Shown here piece after piece: positions 27,689-41,210 of a stretch of 64,000 nucleotides of DNA (the first letter of the stretch is position 1; every line of letters starts with the position of its first letter). A program made the translations under genes and the position numbers. Source of the stretch: Octopus vulgaris (Eukaryota); the NCBI GenBank assembly GCA_951406725.2, contig OX597832.1, positions 56,792,001 to 56,856,000 of the forward strand, given 5' to 3'. Under the pieces are notes generated by a model that was not told the origin of the DNA, did not search any database, and saw only the letters and a program-made list of their open reading frames with translations.

Positions 27689-27997
27689 CAGTGGTTCTCA
27701 AAGTAGTTGGTACTGCCCCCTCTAAGGGTGACAGAAAGATCAAGAGGAGTATTGAAGATAGGTGGGGCAATAACAGGGTGGCCAAAAGGGGGCAATGGCT
27801 ATCCCCCCCCTCACCCCACCAAACGTAAAAGTAATGGGTTTATTAGGTTAAGTTTTATTTGTGAAATACTGTTATGTTCTGAATTTGCTGCAGAAAGGGG
27901 TCTACGTTTTTAGTGCTGAGTGGTGTGGTGGGTAGGTGTTTGGAATGTGGCTTGAGGCCCAAAGAGGCAGGAGTCCATAAAAGTTTAGGAACCACTG
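27689..27997. mobile_element. hAT (Charlie-like) MITE
   Basis: TIRs cagtggttc and gaaccactg, with ctttaa duplicated on both flanks. Confidence 0.75.
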
Positions 27998-28582
27998 CTT
28001 TAACACACACATCACAATATTTCTAAGAAAATGTCACAGATGATCACATTTTTAGTTATGGTCTACAATTCACCATTATATTGCCGCCAATCGTGTTTGT
28101 ACAATTTCGGAACCCAGAGTTACCGTTTTTTTTTCTTTCTTTTATTCTACTTGTCATTTGATGACAATGGTAGCGCTCATGGTGATAACGATGATGATGG
28201 TGAGGAGGAGGAGGAAAAAGATGACGACGATGACAATGGTTGTACTGACATGCAATCAAAGACATTCCAGTCATGACACGACCATTTTTTTTCAAACCAT
28301 AATGTATCAAGGACTGCATTACTCTATCTGTTCGTTATTTCTGAGATGGGGAAAGTAAGGTTCGTGGGAGATTTTGGTTGTTGGGCGACAATGATGATGA
28401 TGACGATGATGATGATAATGGACGATGATGCAGATGATGTGGATGACAATGATGATGATGATGGTGGTGGTGGTAATGTGCGTAGAAACCTAAATTCATG
28501 TCTACATACTTTACAAGCTGTCATGGCAGGAAAATTAAATAAATCGAGTAACCATTTGTCTTTTACGCATATTTGTGTCACT

Positions 28583-28591
28583 TTGTGTGTG

Positions 28592-28629
<38 letters not shown>

Positions 28630-30065
28630 TGGTGTGTGTGTGTTTGTGTGTAGTGTGTGTATATAGATGTGTGTCACTGAGTTTGTGTGTGCGTGCTTGT
28701 GTGTGTGCATGCGTATGTGAGTGTGTGTGTGTGAATGTGTGCGTGTGTATGTGAATGCGTGAATGTGTGTGAGTGTGTGAATGTGTGTGCGACTGTATGA
28801 GTGTGAATGTGTGCATGTGTAAATGTATGAGCACGTGAATATGTGTGTGAATGTGTGCATGTATGTGTGAATGCACGAGTGTGTGTGCATGTGTGTGTGA
28901 ATGTGTGTATGTATGCATGAATGTACAAGTGTGTGTGTGAGTGTGTGCTTGTGCATATGTGTGTGAATGTGTGCATGTATGTGTGAATGCATGAGTGTGT
29001 GTGTGTGTGCATGTGCATGTGTGTGTGAATGTGTGCATGTATGCGTGAATGCATGAGTGTGTGTGTGTGCATGCATGTGTGTGCTTGTGTGTGTCTCAGT
29101 TTGTGTGTGTGAATGTATACATACATGTGTGTGTATATATGGGTGTATGTTTATATATGTGTGTGAATGTGTGTATTTAAAGACGTCTAACCATGTACAA
29201 TGAAATCGTGGATGGATGAGTATACCTCTGCACGTTAGGTGCATGTGTCCCTGGGTGTTTGTATTTATCTGTGTATATGTGTGTGTATGTGTGAGAGAGA
29301 GTATGTGTATCCATGTGAGTTTCTGTTAATATCTGTTAATGTATGCGTACGTATGTGACTGCACATGTGTGCATATATATCTGCATGTGTGTGTATATAC
29401 ATGAATGCATAGGTGTATCTATGTATCTATGAGCACATGTGTGTCAGGAATGTGTCAACAGACATACATACACTCTTGTGTATGAAAAGTGTACAGGCAT
29501 ACGCGCGTGTACGTACATGAATATGTATATGTCTGTGTCTGTAAGTGTGTATGCGTATGTACTTTCATGTATGAAAGTATGCACGCGTGAGTGTGTGTGT
29601 GTGTGTCTATTAGTAGATTAGTATATATGTGCGTGTGTGTGTGTGTGTGTGCCTATAAGCATGTTTGTGTGTGTCTCCATGAGTAGATTAGTATTTGCAG
29701 ATGTGTGTGCGTGCGTGTGTCTGTGTGTGTATTTTTATGTGTGTGTGTCTCTTTGAGTAGGCTAGTACTTGCATGCGTATGTGTGCCTATAAGCATGTGT
29801 GTGTGTGTGTGTGTGCACGTGTGTGTATCTCTATGAGTAGATTAGTATTTGCAGATGTGTGTGTGTGTGTGTATTTTTTTGTGTGTGTGTGTGTGCATGC
29901 GTGTATGTGCACACACGTGTTTGTGTGGGTGTGTGTGTGTGTGTGTGTGTCTCTGAGTAGGTTAGTACTTGCATGTGTATGTGGACCTATAAGCATGTGT
30001 GTGTGTGTTCACGTGAGTCTACGAGTAGATTAGTACTTGCAGACGTGTGTATGTGTGCCTATAAG

Positions 30066-30154
<89 letters not shown>
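28583..30154. repeat. Long degenerate (GT)n region with duplicated gcctataagcat and gagtagattagta(t/c)ttgca motifs
   Basis: Direct inspection. Confidence 0.9.
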
Positions 30155-30156
<2 letters not shown>

Positions 30157-30638
30157 CGAAGATGGAAAAAATGGCTCTGATGTATGTGTACATGCAAGCA
30201 GTACTGCAACGGCATAATTCTCCAATTTTTTTTTAACATGATTTCATCAAACAGAGAGACAAAGAAAAAAAAAACAGAAAAAAGAAAAAATTTCTTCAAA
30301 AATACCTAACAAAAAAAAAGTGCAGCAACAAAAATAAAAACCAAAAAAGATAATAACATTAAAAAAAAAACTGAGAAGAAATAAAGCAGAAGAGACAAAA
30401 AAAAACCCATAACATCTTGAAAACAATCAGAATTGGTAAACAAAAAAGATCTGTGGAATCATAGTGTGGATTCCAAAAAGTCTGTATGGTTTTGTTCCTG
30501 GCATTCTTATGGTGAATCTTTCTGGCATTTCTTGTTTGATGTCTTAATCTTTTTGTTCTTAAATCTTCGATTTTTGACAGGTTGAACAAGGACTAAGGAA
30601 GGAAACGGTGAGAAAGTCTGCGAGGGAAGACGGCACAG

Positions 30639-30950
<312 letters not shown>

Positions 30951-31153
30951 AATGATATTGCAAAGGAACTATGAAAGCAAAAAGAACGACGATGGAAGAA
31001 GCAAGAGGAGTAAGGAGCAGGAAGAGGAAGAGAACAAAGTAGACGGCAAAGAGAGGTGAAGAGGAAGATGAAATTGTAAGATTGGAGTTTGTAAGAGAGA
31101 TAACTACAAAACGCAAATATGTGTGTGTGTGTGTGTATGTGCAGGTGTGTATA

Positions 31154-31207
<54 letters not shown>

Positions 31208-31324
31208 TTATATCTATTTATTTATTGATGAATTTTAAGGAGCTTATCTAAGATTTTTTCATAAAGAAATATATGAAACAAAATTGTTATCAGTGTTGTG
31301 GCTATTTTATATACAGGATACTTT

Positions 31325-31365
<41 letters not shown>

Positions 31366-31368
<3 letters not shown>

Positions 31369-31462
31369 AGAATTCACAAAAAAACAAAAGACGAAGACAG
31401 GTGGTGTAGACAACAAACAGATGTATTAGTTTTGTCTTTTGTTTTTTTTTGTGAATTCTCCC

Positions 31463-31497
<35 letters not shown>

Positions 31498-31631
31498 GTA
31501 TGTGTGTATATATATATATATATATATGGGATAATTCACAAAAAAACAAAAGATGAAGACAGATGGTGTAGACAACAAACAGATGTATTAGTTTAACACT
31601 CAGGAAGTGAAAAAGTCTTTAACATTTCGAG
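31366..31631 (-). mobile_element. Two Penelope-like pseudo-LTR fragments in (TA)n, family P2 (first copy folded back)
   Basis: 31366-31462 has inverted arms gggagaattcacaaaaaaacaaaagac. 31528-31631 is the same sequence without the arm and ends at tttcga (CGAAA on the minus strand). Confidence 0.6.
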
Positions 31632-31647
31632 ATATATATATATATAT

Positions 31648-31882
31648 CAGAGTAAGCACATAAATGTAAAATACGGTGGAAAAAAATAGTACTCAAATAC
31701 CAGAAGTAGAGTAATATGCTTTATTAAAAAGCAGCAAAAATACCACAAAAACTGTTATTCAAAGTTTCATTTTCCCGCCTGTTGGACAGTTTTGTTTAGA
31801 AACACAACTGTCTAATGAACAGGAACGTGAAACTCTGAGTAACAGTTTTTGTGATATTTTTGCTGCTTTTTAATAAAGTATA
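31648..31882. mobile_element. Penelope-like inverted pseudo-LTR pair, family P1
   Basis: Arms at about 31715-31795 and 31803-31882, each with a hammerhead motif. The left arm extends about 70 nt further than the right. Confidence 0.7.
31806..31847 (+). ncRNA. Minimal type I hammerhead ribozyme motif, probably inactivated (G5>A)
   Basis: aactgt-CTAATGA-ac(aggaac)gt-GAAA-ctc(t)gag-TA-acagtt gives stem I aactgt/acagtt, stem II ac/gt, a near-palindromic stem III and a GUA site. Confidence 0.7.
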
Positions 31883-32225
31883 AACAGTTGTCTGTTTTGG
31901 CATGGTTTCTGTGGCTGGATGCCCTTCCTAACACCGACCACTTCACAGAGTGTACTGGGTGCTTTGTAGGTGGCATCAGCACTGGTGCTTTTTATATGGC
32001 ACCAACACCAGTGGTGCCATATAAAAACACCAGAGGGGGGTGGATATGTATGTGTGTGTGTATTATGTATGTGTGTGTATGTATGTATGTGTGTGTGAGT
32101 ATGTGTCTGTGTGTATGTATGTGTGTGTGTATGTGTGTATGTATGTGTGTGTGTGTGTGTGTATGTGTGTGTATGTATGTGTATGTGTGTATGTATGTGT
32201 GTGTGTGTGTGTGTGTATGTATGTG

Positions 32226-32304
<79 letters not shown>

Positions 32305-32325
32305 ATGTGTGAGAGAGAGAGTATG

Positions 32326-33634
32326 CAAGGGCTGGACAAAATAAGGAAAAGCAACACTTTTGATTTAACCATTTTCCTTTCTGTTCGCAATATGACAAAT
32401 TCAAAACTGATCTTGTCAGTATATTTGTATTCAAATGCATTATACCTTGTATTTTAAATCACTATCTGTTTTTTCTTTTCTGGAAGAAATTTGTATTTAT
32501 ATGAGTTAAAATAAGTTATCTCATTTTCTAAGTGGACAAACTATTAATGTGGAAGACTGGATGCTTTGGCCATTAAAACTGCTGAGCTGTACAATATTTT
32601 GAGAGATAAACATCTTTGAAATCATTGGAATTATGAAATGAAAGTAAGAACAGCTCTGGCAAGCATTATTCTGGATGGAAAGTAAAGCTCATAGAGAGGC
32701 ATCACAGAATAGCAAAATGTATTGTGTCTAAAAGCTATCAAACTCTGGCAGCAATTCTGACAGCAGAGCAGAGCTAAACCATGACATGGCCAACAGCGTG
32801 TCAAGCAAAACCATTCCACATGAGCCTCGTAAAGCTGGACACCAAGGAAGGGCTGTCATTGGTAAGCCTCTCCTGTCACTCATCAACATAGATAAGCAGA
32901 GAAAAAAGAAATGTCTTGTGTCTTAGAAGTTGTCAATAGCTTAATAGAATGATATAATTTTCTCTGTTGATTCATCATTCACCGTTTTTCCTTCATTGGG
33001 GCAAGTTTATGTCTGGGGATTGCCCCAAAATGCTTTCAACCCTGTTTGTTTGGCCCCTACCATGAAGCATGAGGGTGGTTCTGTGATGATTTAGGTAGTA
33101 AATTCATTACACAAAGTGCCTACAGAATTCTGTTGACCCTTTAGTTGGTCTATGTGGCAGAATTAACACCAAGGATTATCTGAGTATTTTGGCTGATCCT
33201 GTCCATCGTATGATACAAACATTTTTCCTCGATTTGAGCGCAATATTCCAGAACGATAATAAACCATCTCATACTGCTAATGTTATTGAAACTCGATATG
33301 AAGAGGCCAACAGTGAAGTAGATCACTTTGATTGCCCCCTGCCCCACCACCTCAATCATCGGATCTCAATATAATCAAACATTTATGTTGTATTTTGGAG
33401 CAGCAGGTGAGAGGAGCCTTTTCCATTCGTCATCATCATCGCTGAAAAAGATGAAGCAAAAGCAGGTTTTACAGGAAGAATGGCTCGAAATTCCTCTAAC
33501 AACCATTTTGAACCTGTACAAGTCAATTCCTCATTGTAGCAAAGCTGTGATTGATGTGAAAAATGAACCGACTCCGTATTAAACAATAGAATTCTCATTT
33601 AACAAGGTGTTTCCATCATTTTGTCCAACACCTG
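32326..33634 (+). mobile_element. Decayed Tc1-like transposon
   Basis: TIRs caagggctggacaaaata and attttgtccaacacctg. Remnants PTMKHEGGSVMI, FQNDNKPSHTA, LQEEWLEIP and EPTPY, with many frameshifts. Confidence 0.85.
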
Positions 33635-33673
33635 TGTATGTATACACACACATGCACAGATGCACATATGCAT

Positions 33674-33708
<35 letters not shown>

Positions 33709-34269
33709 TACTGTTGTCCATCAGTTTACGCAGTTAATTGGCTCTACGAGTTGCCATGCAAATTGAAATATTGGAAATCAAGGTAGATACATTTTTAATG
33801 ACAGCAGCAACAACAAAAACAAAATATCAAAAGAAAACACACAAATAAAATTTAAATAATCATTCAATTTGGCATAAAAACACACTTTTCGTGTGTATGT
33901 GTGTGTGTGTGCGTGGGTGTGTTTGCACATGTGTGTGTGTGTGTGCATGTCGTTTGTTTATGTATGTGGGTATGTTTGCCTTTATTCCTGTTTATGTTTA
34001 CGCCAGTATCAGAAGTGTTGCTGTTTACATTGTGTCATTATCTTGCGTAAATTAGTGGTTTCAAAGAAGTCACTTAATGCATTACATCATAATAATAAAG
34101 TAATGTGATGTGATGTGATCTTTAGATGCTCTCAGCTCACTAATTGTATATTTTTTTTTTTGGCTCTGATCTTGATATAACAGTTTTGATATTTCTTTTT
34201 AAACAAATCAAAACAAAACTGTTCATTTGAACCGGCTGAAATCCATATATGCATACACACACCTACAAG

Positions 34270-35065
34270 CTATTCAGGCAAAATTTGATGATTCTTTATT
34301 TCTTCTGTTTTTTTTCAGAAGCAGCTGAATGTATTACTGAGTACAGTAAGTGGCGTTAAGGAGCATAAAGATTGAAGTTGTAGCTGAGAAAAAACTTAGC
34401 TGACATGGAGGACTGGAAACCATTTGAATATTGGAAAAGAGTTATCCGTATCATGATGGTTCATGCCATTTGGCAAAATGCAGACATCATAATTGCCGTT
34501 CAGTGCTCCATGAACACTTTAAAGCCTGTAAGACATGCTGTGGATGGCTGCAATGGAGACTACAAAGCCGTGGTGAGTAGCAACGGATGCAGTAGGCATT
34601 CTGTATCGACACACGGCATCCACACTTCTTTGAACAGGGCCTAAAGCTTAATACAGATGGCTATGTGAAGCTGATGGAGATTGTGGTCAAATCCTGGCTG
34701 GAGAGGGTCGCTAATGGAATGCCATATGTGGCGGAAGAATTCACCTCCAACCCATGTTTACGGAAAGAGTCAGAAGTGGTTGACTTTACCCGGCACCAAT
34801 TTCTAGCTTCCTAAATCCCTTAATTCTAATCCCATTGATTACTATGTGTGGGGCATGGTTGAGAAAGACACCAACACCTCAGCTTACAACACCAAGGCCA
34901 GACCGATGGCCAAGATCAAGGAGATATTCAAAACTCTTCACAGAGCCACAGTGAGGAAGGAATGTGCTAGGTTCCAGAGCTGTCTTGAGGCCATGGTGCA
35001 AGCTGAGGGCAGCTACTTAGGGTAAACTGTTGTCTCCCAGCCATAATTTAGTTGATATTTTAAAA
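34270..35065 (+). mobile_element. Second decayed maT-type transposon fragment
   Basis: DGYVKLMEIVVKSWLERVANG..YV and SNPIDYYVWGMVEKDTN are homologous to the 21442 element. Confidence 0.75.
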
Positions 35066-35069
35066 ATTA

Positions 35070-35352
35070 TTCTATTGGTCTCTTTTGCTAAATCGTTAAA
35101 TTGTGTAAATGTAAAAACACCAGCATTGGTTGTCAAGCGATGTTGGGGAGACAAACAAAGACACACAAACATACACACACACACACACACACATATACAC
35201 GACGGGCTTCTTTCAGTTTCCGTCTACCAAATCCACTCCCAAGGCTTTGGTCGGCCCGAGGCTATAGTAGAAAAGAGTTGCCCAAGGTGCCACACAATGG
35301 GACTGAACTTGGAACCATCTGGTTGGCAAGCTAGCTACTTACCACACAGCCA
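35070..35352 (-). mobile_element. SINE family A
   Basis: Matches 24405-24826 in reverse. Confidence 0.88.
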
Positions 35353-35362
35353 ATATATATAT

Positions 35363-35426
<64 letters not shown>

Positions 35427-35441
35427 ATATGTATATATATA

Positions 35442-35473
<32 letters not shown>

Positions 35474-36694
35474 CATATACACACACACACACACACACAC
35501 ACGCATACATACACCCCCCACACCCACACACATATAGATAGATATATTGATGACATAAAATATCAACAACCAGGTGTATGAATATGTAATATGTAATCAT
35601 ACATATACAATATTTTTATTTTGTAATCAGAATATAAGCAAATACACCAGTGTGTGTGTGTGTGAGTGTGTGCGTGTGCATGTGTGTGTGTGTGTGTATG
35701 GGTGTGTTAATGCGTATATTGATTCTACCTTGGTGGAATTATATTAGTCCCGCCATATGACATGTGATCTCACATTAAATCACTGCCAAAACCAGTGCAA
35801 TATAACAATGCATACGAGTGTGTGTGCGTGTGTGCATGAGTGTGTGTGTATGTGTGTGTGTGTGTGTGTATGTATGTGTGAATATGTGTAATTAGAAAAA
35901 AATAAATGAAATGTTAATATCTTTCCTTTGTAGCAATCATCCATAAATAAAATCTATTTCAGATAAATGTGTGTGTGTGTGTGTGCATGTGTATGTGTGT
36001 GTGTGTGTGAACGAGAGTGTGAATGTGTATACGTATATGTATGTATATACATGTACGTATGTAGATACATTTGCAGTCATCCACCATTAATATAGCCACA
36101 GATTTTAATAACATTTTACACTGACAAGGCTGCTGCTGCTGATGATGATGATGATAATGATGATGATAAGAATGCCAATGGTGATGAGAATAGGTCAGGT
36201 GCTGGTGGTGATGATGATGATGATGATGATTATGGTGTTGGCTGTTGTTTCAGCTCTTGATCTCAGCTCTTGATCGAGCAAGTCTGGCCTATGATGAAAG
36301 ACATTCTGGCTGTCACTACATTGTCTTTCTCCCAGGTGCTATGCAGCTAAAATTACATTATCTGAAGTGTTTCTTTTCAAAATAGTAGGACGTAATTTAA
36401 AGGAAATCTAGCTGCTATTTCTAGCAGAAATCCAGGACCCTATCTATCTGGGTTTTGTATTGGCACAAGAAGAAAAAAAAAGCAGAGGAAAAGATGAATT
36501 TGAGTACAATTTTCATGTTTTTATGGAGTGAAAGAAAAGGGGAGCTACTGACGTTTTAGACAGTAGTACTTCATCAAAATAAATAGAAGGAAGAATTTGT
36601 GGATTGTGGAGGATTGTACAAAGAAGAAAAAGGAAATGTGTGTTAATGGAAGAGGTAGAATGGTAATTAACGGTAGAAAAACTGGCACTTGGTT

Positions 36695-37098
36695 GGTTGT
36701 GATGATGAGGGTTCCAGCTGATTTGATCAACAGAACAGCCTGCTCATGAAATTAACGTGCAAGTGGCTGAAAACTCCACAGATACACGTATCCTTAATGT
36801 AGTTCTCAGGGAGATTCAGTGTGACAGAGAGTGTGACAAGGCTGGCCCCTTTGAATTACAGGATCAAAGGCAAAGTTGGGGTTTGAACTCAGAACATTAA
36901 GATGGATGAAATGCCGCTAAGAATCTTGTCTTGTATGCTGACAATTCTGAACAACTTTGGATTACAGGTACAACTCATTTTAAGTAGACTGAAGCAATGA
37001 GAAATAAAGTGTCTTGCTCAAGGACACAATATGCTGCCAGGGATTGAACCCATGACATTGTGATTGCATGTGGAATTCCTTTACCACTAAGCCATGGT
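36695..37098 (-). mobile_element. tRNA/CORE-like SINE (family D) interrupted by a family B fragment
   Basis: Minus-strand head tggcttagtgg...gggttcaatccc and gtgtccttgagcaagacactt. The insert at 36863-36954 is flanked by ctttg(a/g)attacagg duplications. Confidence 0.7.
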
Positions 37099-38094
37099 AG
37101 AAAAGAAGCAAGCAAATGCAAGTGGTTTTTAACATGTGTAAGTAAGGGAACGATGTAATGATGGACATAAAACGGTAAGGATTACACAGTAAATGGAAAG
37201 GATAGAACAGTAACAACATGGGTGGTGATGTTGACAGTGTTGGGTTGGTATGAGTTGAAGGACTGCAGCTATTATTTCTGGCAGGTCAAATAACAGCACC
37301 TTCATTAGCACATGATGGTAATGTTGATGATGTTGATGCTGGTAAAGGTGATAATGTGTTAGAGCTAGTGGTGGTGGTGGTGGTGGTTATGATATCAGTT
37401 CTGATAATGCCGATGATAGCAGTGTTAACAATGATGATGATGATGATGATGATGATGGTGTTTATTGCGATGGTAATGGCAGTGAACACAGTAATGATGG
37501 TGGCACAAATTGAAAACATTTATGAGCAGTTGTGAAGAAGCTTAAATGTTACTCTTGATTAGAAACTGTCTCTGTTGTGTGAATTAATTACTCGGCTAAT
37601 ACTGATTTCGTTTACACTGAAATTATAGCACAGCAAGTGAGAGAAAATTAATTGCTAATATAAATATTTGTAGCTGTCAGTTGTTCATTAGGCCCAACTA
37701 CTATGTGGACTCCATTTATAAAACAGGCACACCAAGTTCTGGCACATTCTAAGAGATGACAAAAAGATTGGAGACAGGAGGGGCATCTGACTGTAAACAT
37801 TACCTTGGGAAAACCTGTCCAACCCAGGTCAGCATGGTAAAACGTAGCAAAAGAGAAATGATTACCATCAAGCATTGGGCAAGTGCTTAGCAACATTATT
37901 GTTTGTCTTTACATTCTGGGGTCAACTTCTGCAGAGATCGACTTTGCCTTTCATCCTTTCAGGGTCTATAAAATAAGTACCAGATGAATACAGGGGTCAA
38001 TGTAATCAAGTATCCCACTCCCATCTAATTTCAGGCCTTGTTCCTATAACAGAAAGGATTATTATTATTATCATTATTATTATTATTATTATTG

Positions 38095-38655
38095 AGTGAG
38101 AGAGCAGTGCATGCCATCAAAGTGACACTGGGGTAAAATATACGAAGCCCAGTATACACATCACGACTACCTCTGTCTGATAAGGGTACACTAGGCACAT
38201 GCATCACAACCATATGTGTGTGACATGGTGATCTCATATCAAGATAAACAGCGCATGACCTTGCAGGTGGGGCCCAGTTAGAATTTTCTTCTGGTCAAGT
38301 AGCTCATCCCACTCAAAAGGTCCCTGAATAAGGATTGTTTAAGGATGTTGAATGAAACACCCATGTTTCCAAAGGTGAATTATCCAAACCCCTAAAAATC
38401 CCTCTCAACACATGGGTATGATGCCCCCCACTACTTCTGCTTATGATCAGAGATGCACATATCGTCCACCACCAAGGGACATATGCTCAACTGGTTAAGG
38501 TCAAACAACTGACAAGCAAATCTGTGGTACTGAGCAGAATATTTGCTGTGGTCCATCTTTTATACCAAGACAAAACAATGTACATGACTACACTTCCAAT
38601 CAGTTAAGATCAGAAGCCATGAGAGCCACTGCCTGGTACTGCATCAGGGCATTTG
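38095..38655 (-). mobile_element. (AAT)n-tailed ~560-bp retroposon (family E)
   Basis: An inverted homologue lies at 40405-40832 and a terminal fragment near 5735-5770. All end in gcactgctctct...aataat. Confidence 0.75.
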
Positions 38656-38969
38656 TTGTTGTTGTTGTTCATGCAGTGGGACTGAACCTGGAACCATGTG
38701 GTTGTAAAGCAAGCTCCTTACCACACAGCCACACCTGTTTTTTATTGACTTGTGTTTTACTTCTTCCTGGTATGGCCTCCCCACAATCCCTAAAAAATTG
38801 CGGGGGAGGGGGGTGATGGTTTGGGAGATCTTTCCCCACCCACCGGATATTAAAAAGGTTGAGAGCCACTGATATGAAGTATAGGATAACTTTCATTGAG
38901 CATCGATGACAACTGTAACAGAACTGACACAATATATTCTTACATCAGAATACGATACAGGAAGTAAAC

Positions 38970-39315
38970 CTCCACCACCACCACCACCACCACCACCACC
39001 AATGACAACAACAACAACAACAACATCGTCACCATCACCATCATCATCAATGAAATAACCACCACCACCATCATCATCACTATCATGAATGCCATAATCA
39101 TCATCACCATCACTGTCATCATCACCAACACCACCATCAACACCACCACCACCACCACCACCACCATATCATCATCATCATCATCACCACCACCACCACC
39201 ATACCACCACCACCACCACCACCACCACCACCACCACCACCACCACCACCATACCACCATACCACCACCACCACCACTACCACCACCACCACCACCACCA
39301 TACCACCACCACCAT
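38970..39315. repeat. (CCA/CAT)n microsatellite
   Basis: Direct inspection. Confidence 0.9.
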
Positions 39316-39764
39316 TTAACATCCATGTTCTGTACTGTTATGGGGCTATTTTACACATATTTCTCTTGTAATTTTCCATTGAGAGTGTGATTGCATTTTC
39401 TTTCAACCTTTTTACTCTTGGCTCTGGTTAAAACCATATCTGCACACACGCATGCACGTGTGTGTGTGCGGTCTGATAAACGAGCTTAGGTCTGCACATA
39501 GTCAATCCCAATTGCCTGCAGGTCATTGTTTTCTAATCAAGTCGCTCATACTGCAAATATCATGGTCATCACCATCCATTTTTGAAAACTCAGCCATGCT
39601 TGACTGAGACAACTTCATAAAAAGGCAAACAGGGTCGCAATTCATTCATTTGGTTTACTTTTTTGTTTTTTTTTGGAAGCAGCCTCAATATTTTTTTCAT
39701 AAAGGGAGAAAATAGGATCATATCAAACGTTATTTCATATTCATTTAATAGCAGCAACGGCAAT

Positions 39765-39814
<50 letters not shown>

Positions 39815-39825
39815 TAATAATAATA

Positions 39826-40148
39826 ATCATCATCATCATCATTTAGCGTCCGCTTTCCATGCTAGCATGGGTTGGACGGTTCAACTGGGGTCTGTGAAGC
39901 CTGAAGGCTGCATCAGGCCCAGTCTGATCTGGCAGTTTTTTCTACGGCTGGATGCCCTTCCTAACGCCAACCACTCCATGAGTGTAGTGGGTGCTTTTTA
40001 CGTGCCACCGGCACAGGGGCCAGGCGAGGCTGGCAACGGCCATGATCGGATGGTGTTTTTTATGTGCTGCCGGCACGGGGGCCAGGCGAGGCTGGCAACG
40101 GCCACAAACGGATGGTGCTTTTACGTACCACCGGCACGGGGGCCAGGC

Positions 40149-40149
<1 letters not shown>
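39826..40149 (-). mobile_element. Family C retroposon with about 2.5 internal 62-bp repeats
   Basis: gtg(c/t)tttt recurs at 39991, 40053 and 40115. Confidence 0.85.
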
Positions 40150-40190
<41 letters not shown>

Positions 40191-40404
40191 CTTTTCTACT
40201 CTAGGCACAAGGCCCAAAATTTTAGAGGAGGGTTCCAGTCGATTAGATCAAACCCAGTACGCAACTAGTAATTAATTTATCGACCCAGTAAGGATGAAAG
40301 GCAAATTCGCCCTCAGCAGAGTTTGAACTCAGAACGTCAAGCCAGACGAAATACTGCAAAACATTTCGCCCGGCATGCTAACGATTCTGCCAGCTTACCA
40401 AATA

Positions 40405-40832
40405 GATTTGCTTGTCAGTTGTTTGACCGTAACCAGTTGAGCAATGTCCCTTGGTGGCTGACAATATGTGCATCTCTGATCACGAGCAGAAGTAGTGGGG
40501 GAGCACCATAGCCATGTATTTAGATGGATTCTTTGGGGCTTGGATAATTCACCTCTGGAAACATGGGTGTTTTGTTCAACATCCTTAAACAAATCTTATT
40601 CAGGGACCTTTTGAGTGGGATGGGCTACTCGACCAGAAGAAAATTCTAACTGGGCCCCACCTGCAAGGTCATGTGCTGTTTATCTTGATATGAGATCACC
40701 ATGTCATGCACATTTGGTTGTGATGCATGTGCCTAGTGTACTCTTATCAGATGGGTAGTCATGATGGGTATACTGTTCTTTGTATATTTTACCCCAGTGT
40801 CACTTTGATGGCATGCACTGCTCTCTACCTCA
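40405..40832 (+). mobile_element. Family E retroposon, 5'-truncated
   Basis: Reverse complement of about 38095-38525. Confidence 0.8.
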
Positions 40833-40841
40833 ATGATAGTA

Positions 40842-40927
<86 letters not shown>

Positions 40928-41144
40928 AACAATAATAATAATAATAGTTTCGAATTATGGCACAAGGCCAGCAATTTTTTAAGAGTAGGAGCTTAACTGA
41001 CCCTGCAAGAATGAAAGGCAAAGTTGATCTCACTGTGGTTTGAACTTAGATTGTAAAAACCCAGAACCACAAAGCACCTTTGTTTTTTTGTTATACTCTA
41101 ACAATACTGCCATCTCACTAATAACAACAACAAGAACAATAATG

Positions 41145-41210
<66 letters not shown>

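Noticed and set aside
28324-29244. 306-aa His/Thr ORF and similar HT, CV, YI and poly-I/N ORFs
   Set aside because: Microsatellite read-through.
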